Notes under the pieces: generated by a model | Told to the model about the DNA's origin: nothing | Databases searched by the model: none | The model's input: only the letters and a program-made list of their open reading frames with translations | Assembly: GCA_009103225.1 (NCBI GenBank) | Contig: RHPI01000797.1 | Coordinates: forward strand, 70,384 to 134,383 | Origin: Chlorokybus atmophyticus | Taxonomy: Eukaryota > Plantae > Mesostigma and Chlorokybus algae | Direction of reading: 5' to 3' | DNA length: 64,000 bases | Shown: positions 48,621 to 59,875 of the stretch, in pieces | How the letters are laid out: each line of letters starts with the position of its first letter | Position numbering within the stretch: the first letter of the stretch is position 1 | Position numbers and translations under genes: made by a program

Positions 48621-51109
48621 AACTGTATGCACCTTGAAGGGGGGGCGGTGCGCCATGCATGTGCGTGCAGCTGAGACTGTGTGCTTGCATGACAAAGACT
48701 GTAAGTGCACAGGCGCGCGCGCATGTGTGTGAGTATATGCGCGCCCGCGCACGTGCGTGTGGGTGGGTGTGGGTGTCGATGGGTGACTATCACTCTGATA
48801 GTGCCTGCTTGTGTGTCACATTATGTGCAAGCACGCTCTGTATGCCGCTGCATGCGCGGCCAACACATGCGCATGTTGAAGCAAGGTCACAATGTTGTGT
48901 GCGTGCACGTGTGCAGGTGCGTGCGCTCATGTGTGTGTGGGTGGGTAAGTTTCAACATTGGCTGGCTATGGCATGCAAATAGTCACGCGAGTCAATATGT
49001 GAGTCAATATGTAAGCGAGCATTTGTAGGCTTGGTACCAGCATTTCTTCTGGCATTCATTGCGTACAACCTCAAGTGCATGCATAAATCGCTGGTATCCG
49101 GCATTGTTTCAACAGTTGCGACTGCGTTCATTTCCTCGCCGCTCCGCCCTTTTGCAAGACATACCTCGTGCCCTCCCGTCAGTGCCGCCGCCGCCGCCGG
49201 GGCCAATGGCAGGCTGCTCCGCCCTCCCTTCCCACCACAACTCCGGCGAAGTCGGCAGCGCTTTCATTGGTCACATCATCAACCGCAGCGTGCCGCCCTT
49301 GCCTGGCCGCCGCCGGCTGGCGCCTCACACTAGCATAGCTCACCAGGCCAGGCCAGGCCAGGCCAGGTGCTCCAGGCTGCCAACGGCTACACTGCTGCTG
49401 CTGCTGCTTGTCGTCAACCGCTAGGCTAACCACCAGAGTGTAGAATGTCTCATGCTTGCCGCCATTGTTGAGAGAATGCCTCAAACACGCCACGTCAGTC
49501 TAGGCCGGACCAGGCCAGGTCAGGGCCAGGACTACGCCAGGCCTGGGCCGGGCGCGGAAGATATCGGCAGCGTTGTTAGTTGAAAGATGGGCGCGCGCCC
49601 CCTCGCGTTCAAAATGCACCGATATCTTGCGCTGAGAGCGTGGACATAACTTGCAATCGATGACAAGCTCCGGAAGTAATGTTAGAAATGACAACATCAA
49701 TACTGTTGCATAGTACACAACCATTGGATCGGGGCCAGTCAGTCAAGCAAACAAGCACAACACAGCAAAGCTTGACATTACAGCACAAGGCAAAACAACG
49801 GGGTGGGGGTCCCCACTAGGCTATAGCTAAGTGCACTACCTATGGACCGGTGGAGGAGTGTGGGCAGAGGGAAGGGGGAACGGGTAGCAGCAAGCAGCAA
49901 AGGAAGCACCTGCAGAGCACAGCGGGGCATGCATGACGAAGCCAAAGGTGAAGTTAGGCCCTGAGTACAATCCATGAGACTCGCATGGTGACTCAACATT
50001 GGTGGGAGCTTATCATCGGAAGTGCCATTCTCCATGAGCTAAAGCGAGCACATTAGGTTGTGAAGGGCAGTGTCGCCTGTTACGTGAGAGCGTTTTGAGT
50101 TGCTAAAATTGCTAATTGAAAACGCTTCCATTAAGCATTTGTGCAATTGCAATGCACTGTTGTATTTGAACATAACAAGAACGTCAATCTGCACAAAGTT
50201 TGCGTGCAGGCTTAGGGCTTTGTTTATCCAACGTGAAGGGAGCTGTAACAGAGCACCCTAACTACAATACGCTCCATATACTGAACAAAGTTGGGATGGA
50301 ATCGAGGGTGGAGGTTGTGAACAGTTCATAAAGGGGTATCAGAATGAACAGATAGGTAGCCGAACTAGTTGTGGCAAAGTATGCTATATTTGCTTAAAGA
50401 ACATACAGGGCACAGCAGGCTGAGGCAGGGGGTGGTGGCGGGGGCATAGCTTTAGCGTTGTCGTCCTTGCAGTAAAGCCGGTCGCTATCCACGCCCAGCG
50501 CCAACCCACGCCCTGTCTACAGATATAGCCATACGTGCTTGCTGGCTGCCGTTCGTCTTCAATGTCGGTTGCACTTAGCTAGTTGCTCTAGGGTCTTAGC
50601 TAAGCCCTCCAGTCAATAAAGCTCTGGGTGGGTGGGTGGGTGGTTATGCGTGTGAGACTGCCATGTGTGGGACTGCTATGTGTACAGAATATGCGAGAGG
50701 GGTATGTGTGTGTTTGCATGTGGCATAGTGTGAGCGCATGAATGGAGCAGTCTATTAGATTTGTACACACACATGCTACAAGTCAATAGAAAGGCTATCA
50801 AATCTTATTCGCTAAGAATGCATTGATACCAACAGAAAGCTTGTATTCCTATTTTTTGCACAAAGGTGGTACCCGAGGAACCACATGCCATCATCGATTG
50901 CAAGTTATTGTTTGCGCGCATGACCATTTCAATGCGATGACTTGGCAATGAGGGCTATGACAAAGCAGCAACGCAAAATCAAATCCTACTTGCTCAACCT
51001 CACCAACATTAAGATGCTTGCTGTAACATGCATGCCACCATGCTCGCATTCTCCGCAATCGTATCTTACAAGAAAGGTTATGTACACACAGCCCACAGCG
51101 CAACAACAC

Positions 51110-54100
51110 TCAGTCCGTCAAGCCCATGCGGCGCTTGTAGTCGTTTACAGTGAGCTGCAGGTGTCTACCACCAACACTTGGAGGTTTATACACCGCAGGC
51201 GGTACATATCGCCTGCGCGGGGCGGCGACGGGGTCCATCTGCTGCAGCCTTGAGAAGTCAATGTGGAGATCAAAGTCATGCAGCTTCTCCAGCACCTGCC
51301 TCGCGTCCGCCATCAGCTTCGTCACGTGACCGTGGGTCTCTCCGTCCTTGGGGGACTCGGGGACCTGAGCACCGTCCACCTCGGCACCTTGGCTTGCAAT
51401 CGGCTGCAAACCGTCCGCAGTAGTAGCTTCCACTGCCTGCTTCGCATCCACAGGCGCTTTGGTCTTCCAGTAGTTCTGCGAACGAGTCCAACGACGGGAA
51501 AACGGATCCACCACAGGTCCACTAGTACCTGCAATGAAGTACAAGTGCGAACAGTTCAGCGCAGTTCACCAAGGGGTGGTTCTGTTCTGCTTGCTTTGAC
51601 GAAATGTTCAGGTTTGAATGGGTTCGGCTGGGTTTGGATGTTGAGTTGGGTTCCTTTCAATTGGGCGGTTTAGTATACAATGAGTACACTTAAAATGTCT
51701 CCTCTTCAAAGCTGGAGTTGAGAACAGTCCAAGCATGCTAGTTTAGTCAACATCCACAAAGCTGATCACTGCAGTACCTTGCTTGCCGGTGAGTTGCTGC
51801 TGCATTCGGTGGTAGCCGGTGGCGTCCAGCTTGGCGTTCTGCAGCTTGTTCCTAAGGTTGAGCGCCGCAAGCGAGGTCTTGCCATCCCGCCCGCGCATCT
51901 CCGCCACGAGAGCGTCTAGCTCTGCCAGCTGCACGACGATCGCGTCCGCCTCATCCTCATCACCCCTCTCCAGCGCAGCATCCCTTTGCAGTTTCAGCTG
52001 TCGCAACACGAAATGATCACTATCATGCACTAAGCATGCATCCACATATCGCTCTGTAACCAGCGCGCACATGCATTCCAACAATAGTGCGTGCATGTGC
52101 GCAAGTCAACTTGGCATTCAGTCAATAAGCGACTAGTTCTAGTCTGATTGGGTCCAGTGGCTGCTGATACAGTGTCCAACTGTATACCGATCTGCTGTAC
52201 AATGTAGCTGTTGGTGTGGTGTCTAAACTTACCCGCTCTTTCTCAACAGCCATGTTGTGGGGTATGCGCTGCATCTTGCGCTTCTGCTCAAGGATCCCCT
52301 GCACGTCCGCGGCCGAGTACCTGAACTCTTCCGCCTTGCGCAGGTTCTGTATCCTCAAGTCAAGTTCGTGCTTCTCGAAAGGTTGACACCTATCAGCACT
52401 GCAAACAAGAAAGACCTCTTGCACTGAGTTTCAGTGCTTACGAGAACAACATGTCATCAACATGTTGACAGCCTTGTGAACTCGCACCTTATCTTCTGTC
52501 TAAGGTCCTTCCACTCCCTTTCACTCGGCGGCTGGTTAGACAGCTCCTGAATCTTGAGCATCTGCTCCTCTTTTCCTCGTCGAGTCCTCAGATGTTTGGT
52601 TGTGATGAACGAGCCTTTGGAGCCGTCAACCCTGCACACACAATCCATCATATCATACGCAAGAACAACCGCATCAAGCCCAAACCAACACATGTGACAA
52701 CACCTGCAACAACAAAGCCAACCACAACCGTACTTGTAAGGCTGATCCGGCTTGTCCTCGACCGACACAATCTCATGCAGTAGGTAATAGTTCTCCACGT
52801 CAGGTCGGTTCTCTCTCGTCTTGACGAGGCAGCTCGCAATTGTGTCGGCAAAAAACGGCTCGTTCAGCCAGCCGATGAGCTTCGCGCGTGGGAGGGTCGC
52901 TCGCGCGATCTGCTCAAACAAGGCTTCCTGCACGGGCTCGCGGTCGCTGTCGCGGTCCGGAGAGCGCGCATGGTTGTCGTTATCGTCATCAGATGATGAT
53001 GCGGAGTCATCCGACGCACTGGAAGGCGAACCCGAGTCGCTGCGGGGCGAGCTGCCATCCCTGTGCATGGGTGTGGGTTTCATGTCAACTACTGTTGGCA
53101 CTGGAGATGGTCCAAGGTCGACGTCATCATGTGCATACAGACAAGTTGAGCATGTTATGCTATGTGTAATCAAGTGCGCACTTGTGCATAAAATAATAGT
53201 ACCACTGGGTGGTACCCAGCACATACCTATGCAAAATGTTCAACAACTTCTTCAATCATACATGTAAATGAAGTGATGTGTCATGGCAGTCGCCATTGCA
53301 TATGCTATCACAACCAAAGAATGGGTACTCGGTTAGCATTGACCCACCTGGACTGGACTCTGCTGGCCCGCCGCTCGCTGGCCTCCTTCATCTGCGTCTT
53401 CTTGGCCACAAGCTTCTCAATGGCTTGGTGCTTTGTGGTGGCTCCACCCTTCGCCACTCGCGTTGAAGATGCCCGCGGCTGACCAATGCCCATTGCATCA
53501 GCACCAAGCAAAGTTGAAACCACTGACTTGTCTGGGCCACACACAAGTGCGTGCATACACCCACAATAGCATGCACATGCCTAAACACGCGCACGCACAA
53601 GGAAACACACACGTCCACATCGTGTGTGCATTTGAAGACGGCACCTGTGAATGCACAAGTGCGCGCGAGTCCCGCTTGTGCGAGTCTCTGTCTCTATCTC
53701 TGTCTCTGTCTCTGTCTCTCTGCTTGTTGGGGGCGGAGGGCGCGGCGGCTTCGGACTCTTTGGCGCGCTGCATGAGACTCTTTCTGTCCTGCAGGTGCTG
53801 CCTCTTTTCAGCCCGCTCCAGCAGCAACATCTCACGATCCACCTCCGTCATGGCTGTTGCAGGATCTCAATTGTCAAGGTGATGGGATCGCTAGTGACTG
53901 ACTGTCACAATAAAAGCTCTGATGGCAGATATGTCCATAATCGTAATCAATGATGTAAATTGCCTGTTGATGACCCAAAGCCCCCCGTAATCGAGTGTTT
54001 GACCTTCCAAAACCGATAGTCCAACAACAACGCGATTGCCATGCTGTATCGCTAATGCATAGGCGTTGTCAGTTACTGGAATGCCACCAAGCTTTGAGAC

Positions 54101-55233
54101 TACAATGACCACACGCAAGCCAGTGAACAGCACTAGTAGTAGCAAGTTCCAATTCCACACATGTCATTGACCAAAACTGTTCACTCAGTTGCAATGCGTA
54201 CCTACAACAGAGCCCGAACAAACGCACCACTTCACCACTCACTCACCGTTGAGCCTTTCTCTGTCATCGTCGTCCCCCATCAGGTCATCCTTGAACCCAT
54301 CATCAAATACGCCGTTGTTGCGGCCACCACCATCATCATCATCATCGTCCTCATCGCTGCCGAGGTCCGGTCCCCTCCCGCCACCGGAACCCTTCTCAAA
54401 ACGCTTCTTGATCGGCATGTCGCTCGCCTTGTCCACCTTGCGCGCTTTGGAACTGCCCTGTTTGCCTCTTCTTCTGTCTGCCCCTTCATCCTGAAACGAT
54501 TGCAATCAATTCCCTTTCTTAACGTTTCCATCTTGCCCCATATCTGGTTGTGGTATGGTAAGTTGTTTTGTCTGTGAACCTGACATTAGTGTAACACCCA
54601 TGCTTCAGTGCGTGGGTGCCATATCACCAGAGTGCAAGCGTGCTAACAGTAATAGCTGGTACGGAACATTGGTGCTCTGCAGTGAATGGCATGTATGTGA
54701 TACATGGCGTGTATGTAGCATACGTGTACTATATATTGCTTGTATGTAGTATGTGACATATAGAGCAACTGTATGCACCTTGAAAGCTCTGGAACTGGTG
54801 CTGTAGCAAGAAACTGGGTCAATTCAACAGCACTGGGATCTGACTCATTGCTCATGGTGCATGCGTGTACCTGCATGCGACAAGACAATCTACTCAGAGG
54901 TGCCTACATTTCCAACGTCCTTGCTGACACACATTGTGGTTGATAACACCATGACAGCTGGTAATATGCGGGTAAGAGGTTCACGTTACAACCAACTAGC
55001 AATGCTGAAGCTGTTGTTTGATGGATGTATATCGGTGCTAGCATGACTCAGTACTGGCACAAGGCGTGCTATAATTTTACCTCAGAGGACGACGGAGACA
55101 AGGAATCCTCATCGCTCGAGTAAGCCCTTTTGCTGCTCCTATTGCCTCCGCCTCCGCCTCCGCCTCCGCCACCTCCTCCTCGCTTGTTACCTACAACCTC
55201 CAATAGATCGTCGTCTAGGTCGTCTGCCCCCAT
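51110..55233 (-). CDS. RTF1: RTF1/VIP5 PAF1-complex subunit (Plus3 domain), intact multi-exon copy
   Basis: MGADDLDDDLLEVVG; DDGFKDDLMGDDDDRERL; MTEVDREMLLLER; Plus3 domain LPRAKLIGWLNEPFF...SNQPPSEREW; YSAADVQGILEQKR; NLRNKLQN; DPFSRRWTRSQNYW; HDFDLHIDF; LTVNDYKRRMGL*. Confidence 0.93.
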
Positions 55234-55867
55234 GACGACGCCTCCTTCACCGCCGCCGCCGCCGCTTTCACTGCCTGCCTGGGCAGGGTTAGGGCTTGCA
55301 GCGGAAGCTATTTGCACTTTGCTTCCAGTGAGAACCGGCTTCCGCTAAAAACCTTCCTTTGTGCGTCACGTGAGCTGTGTATGTCAAGATACGGTGATCG
55401 CTTACAGCACTGACGGTACAATTACGTGGCGTTACGCGTGTTAATGAGACGACTGTGTATGCAAATAGCAACAGAGATAGAGAGATGCATCATCTCAGAT
55501 GATGGGTGCATAGTTTGCGTGCCAGCAATTGGTCAGCACGTGAACGGACCGTGACTTGAGTCCAACACTGTGTCAGTGTCCAGCAGTTACACTATTGTAA
55601 GAGAGGTGCAACACTTGTTGGACTGCTGATCTGTGTGTGGTTGTGTGTGCATCAAACACAACAATAACAGAACTCCTTCTAGTGTAGTTCTGCTACGTGT
55701 AAGCGGATGAATTACACTTTGGCACACCGTACGCCGCATTAGCTCAGATCTGACTCATTGCAGATAGTTGCATGCCTGTGGGGAACCTATATTATAGTTG
55801 GGTTGTGCGTATGTGCTGTAAGGAGAGAGGCAATCAGTAGTTGTGTGGTTTGGAATTTGCTGTAAGC

Positions 55868-58800
55868 ATGCAGCACAGTGCGTATGGACGCACACTGCGA
55901 GCGAGCGAAGGAGTGACATACGAGACAAGAAGTAGTACTAGTGATGATGTTGCTTCCAACAATAATGGCGTCGACACCACCGTTGTCATCGCCGAGGGAG
56001 AAAGCGAACGCACCCCACGCAGCGCCACCTTGCGGTAACCCATGATACATCTCAAACGCACGCAAGCACGCACGCGCGCACACTCAGATACTCACTCACA
56101 CGCACACGCACACTCGCGCGTGCACGCACATACACACTCGAGCACACACGCGCGCATACACAATTTCCTACCCTCAACTACATCTTCTTGCGGTAGCCCA
56201 TGACTTGTCTCACACATGTGCACGCACACACGCACGAACTCACCCTTCCTCTCCTTTCAGGTCCAAAACCATGTTCAGCGATTCCAAGCTCCGCTCCTCC
56301 TCCTCTCTCTCCTCCTCCCACACTCTCCCCCCTCACCCCTCACTCCACCCTTCCACACTGCCGCCAGTGCAGGCCCACATGGACAGCATGAGGCGGGTTG
56401 ACTTGGTTGAAGAGGAGGAGAGGAAGGGGAAGGGGAAGGGAGGGAGTGGGAGGGAGAGGAGACCCGCGTTCCATGAGGACCCGCTGACGGAAGAGCTGTG
56501 CGGGGGGTTCACGCTGCATGGTGAGGGGGAGAGATGGTTGTGGTTGTTGTTGTTCTTGTTGTTGTGCGTGTGGGAGTGAGGCCTCACAGGAGGCTGTGTG
56601 CAGCGGAGAGGAAGAGGCTGCGTGTGCGCGTGAGTGTGCCTGTGTCCGTGCTTGCAGCTGCGAGCATGTGCTTGCTGAAGTGTGCGTGCGCGCGCGTGCG
56701 TGTGCATGTGCGTGTGTGTCTGTGCACGCACGCATGCGCCCACACACGCCCCCCCCCCCCCCCCCCNNTCTTTCCTCACCCTCCCTCTCTCCCCCCCTCT
56801 CCCTCTCCCCACTCTCAGCCCTCCCCAAATCCTGCGAGCTCTCCTCCTCCCTCCCCCGTCGCTTCATCTGGCTCTTCATCTTCCTCTTCTTCCTTGCCCT
56901 CTTCATCTACACCACCGCTCTACAAGTAAAAGACTACCGCCGTTACCCCACCTCGACCGACGTGGACGTGTCGACGGCAACATCACTTCCTTTTCCCTCA
57001 GTATCAATATTCAGCAACAATCCCGTGAGGGCGAGTGCGGCGAGGGGACACGTGTATGAAGAGGATGTGTGTGGAGTGGGGGGTGGAGGTGGGGGGGATG
57101 TTGGGGGGATTGTTGTTGGGAATATCGGGACGAGTTTCAAGAGGTATCCGCTGGATTGGACGGATGAGGATATAATTGCGAGGGGGCATAGGCTGGAGGA
57201 GTTGATACTGGACTGCTCCTTCGACAATGCGGTGAGATGATGTTGGGGTGTTAATGACACACATGCACACACACGCACGCATGCACACACGCGCGCAAGC
57301 ACGCACAGAGTGTACTCGTCCTTGTTGGTGTATCGTTACAGGAGGGATCAACTGGCTTTATGTGCACATCAGCAAATGTGCACATAAAGCCAGTTGATTG
57401 AAGCTTGCGTTGTAGAATGTTAGTTGGGTCTCATATGTGATACTATATGCAGCCATGCGAGAAAGGGGACTTGACTTCTTCGGTGCCTCCCTTCCCCTTC
57501 AAGCGCTACGGTCCCGCCCACTCGTTCGACATCTTCGGACTGAAGCACGCGACGTCCAACGGGCCGGGAGGCGGACTCCAACTCATCATGGATATACAAC
57601 CGGTAAGTAATAATAATATCTAACATCCAGCAGGACAGCCCCGCATGTGTGCGTGTGCGTGTATGCATGCGTGTTGATGACATTTTCCTGTTACTTTTGT
57701 ATCCACCAGGAGGAGTACTGTCCCAGCACTTGGTCGAGGGGTGTGATGGTGGAGCTTCACAGCCACAGCCATCTCCCTCCAGAGCGCGTGATGGAACACA
57801 TCGGTGAGTGAGGCAACAATGGTTGCATATCGTTAATGTGCATGAGTTGCGCTGATGACAACTGTCCGACAGACCCCAGGGAGCGCATCACCATCGCGCC
57901 GGGGTTTGTGTGGACGCTTGCGTTAACGCGAACAGAGGTGGAAAGCCTCAAGCCTCCGTACAGTAAGTGATGTGTGCGTGCATGCATGCACACGCGTGCG
58001 CTCTTAATCCGTGTTGGTAACAACCTGTGCGTGCACAGATGAGCCCTGCATCGACCTTGCCAACGGCGAAACCTTCCCTTATGTAAGACAACTTCCCGCA
58101 TCACTTAATCCCTAATATGCTTACTCACTGACTTTTTAACTCGCACGCACGCGCGCACGCGCACGCGCGCGCATGCAGCCTTGGATCAAGCATGCACACG
58201 CAAATGCACAAGCACACGCACACGCACACGCACATCCCCACTTGCCCACTCCCCCACCCACCCACCCTCTCACCCACCCANNNNNNNNNNNNNNNNNNNN
58301 NNNNNNNNNNNNNNNNNNNNNNNNNNNNNNNNNNNNNNNNNNNNNNNNNNNNNNNNNNNNNNNNNNNNNNNNNNNNNNNNNNNNNNNNNNNNNNNNNNNN
58401 NNNNNNNNNNNNNNNNNNNNNNNNNNNNNNNNNNNNNNNNNNNNNNNNNNNNNNNNNNNNNNNNNNNNNNNNNNNNNNNNNNNNNNNNNNNNNNNNNNNN
58501 NNNNNNNNNNNNNNNNNNNNNNNNNNNNNNNNNNNNNNNNNNNNNNNNNNNNNNNNNNNNNNNNNNNNNACACCCCCCTCTCACTCCCCTCCAGCGTACC
58601 GCCCTCCTGGACTGTGTACTAGCCTGCCCCGCAGCCCCTCCTTCCAACATCAGCACATCGGATCCCACCGCCAATGCCGCTCGCACGCTGGGCGACCTGT
58701 ACAGCCCCGGCGCGGCGGCGCACCTGTCGGAGAGCGAGCTGCTGGCGCTGGCGACGACCCAGGGGAAGAAGTGCGTCGGGGAGTGCTTCCAGAGCGTCAC

Positions 58801-59875
58801 GTTCAAGTGAGGGAGGGAGGGAGGGAATGAGTGACTCACACAGTTGACTTGACCGACACACTCACTCTCAGTTATTCATATACATGCATACGCGTATGCC
58901 CATGCATGGGGCGCATCTGCACACACGCGCCCGCACAACACAAACACGTTCACCCACACACCCCCAACCCCCCACCCACACCCACTCATCCACCCTCCCC
59001 CACACCCACCCACCCACCCACCCAGGCTCTGTCAAACCACCTCCTTCGCCAAGTACATCGGCGCCTCTTCCTTCCCTTCTCCCTCCGCCCTGCCCTCCCT
59101 CCTCTCCTCCTTCGGGTCGCGCTTCGGTCTGTCCGACGTGAACCTCACGGACGAGACGGAAGCTGCGAGGGCGATGGAGGTTGTACGGGGGAGAATGGTG
59201 GTGCTGCAAGTGTACTACGAGAAGCTCACGCAACAGACGTGAGTGGGTGGTGTGGATGTTGGGAGTGTGCAGTTGTGCACGACGTGCAGTGCATGCAAGA
59301 AAAAGGGGATGTGGTGTGGGGTGCAAGGAGATCTTTTGTGCGCACACACATGTGTGCACAACTCCGCGCGCATATGTGCACGGATGTATGTGCGTGAGCG
59401 CGTGTGTGTGTGTGCACGCACGTAGTCACACACATACCCCGGCATGTGCGCATGTGTTCGCTGACTGAAAGTACGTACTTCCACACACGTGCATACCCAC
59501 ACACACACTCACCCACCCTCACCCACCCACCCACCCATCCACCTTCCCCTCCTCCCCAGTTTTACCCAGAGGCGCCAGCTCTCCTTCGTCTCCCTTGCCT
59601 CCTCCATCGGCGGCCTGTCCGGTCTGCTCCTTGGCGCCTCGGTCGTGACGCTGTTCGAGCTGGGGGAGATCGCGGCCGTCCTGTTCTGCGCGCACGGGGG
59701 GGAAGCTGTGGCGGGGAGGGGAGGGGATGGGAGGGAGAGGATGGCCGGGAGGTTCAGGAGCAAGAAGAGTGGGGATGGGAGGAAGGATGGGGGCGACCAT
59801 GCTGGGGCGTCGGCGTCGGAGAGGAGGAGGAGCTTCAGTGAGTGGTATATGCAGAGAAGGGTGTCAAACGCGTGA
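55868..59875 (+). CDS. DEG/ENaC/ASIC-family (amiloride-sensitive) two-TM cation channel subunit, about 652 aa, 10 exons
   Basis: Exons 55868-56034, 56261-56520, 56819-57231, 57453-57602, 57710-57803, 57873-57962, 58039-58082, 58595-58806, 59026-59238 and 59560-59875 are phase-compatible GT-AG. Motifs: pre-TM1 FTLH, TM1 RRFIWLFIFLFFLALFIY, YPTST..LPFPSVSIFSNNPVR, GHRLEELILDCSFDNAPC, KRYG..SF, GPGGGLQLIMDIQPEEY, GVMVELH, IAPGF..LKPPY, thumb cysteines, FPS, VLQVYYEKL, TM2 LASSIGGLSGLLLGASVVTLFE. Confidence 0.9.
57347..57398. repeat. Perfect 23-bp inverted repeat (hairpin, 6-nt loop) in an intron of the DEG/ENaC gene
   Basis: ATCAACTGGCTTTATGTGCACAT-CAGCAA-ATGTGCACATAAAGCCAGTTGAT. Confidence 0.9.
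58281..58570. other. Assembly gap (N run) inside a DEG/ENaC intron
   Basis: 290 Ns. The flanking exons join in phase 0 (FPY|RTALLDC), so probably no exon is lost. Confidence 1.

Noticed and set aside
47912-48793. ORFs spanning the N gaps listed in the ORF track (also 58136-58839)
   Set aside because: Artefacts of translating through Ns.
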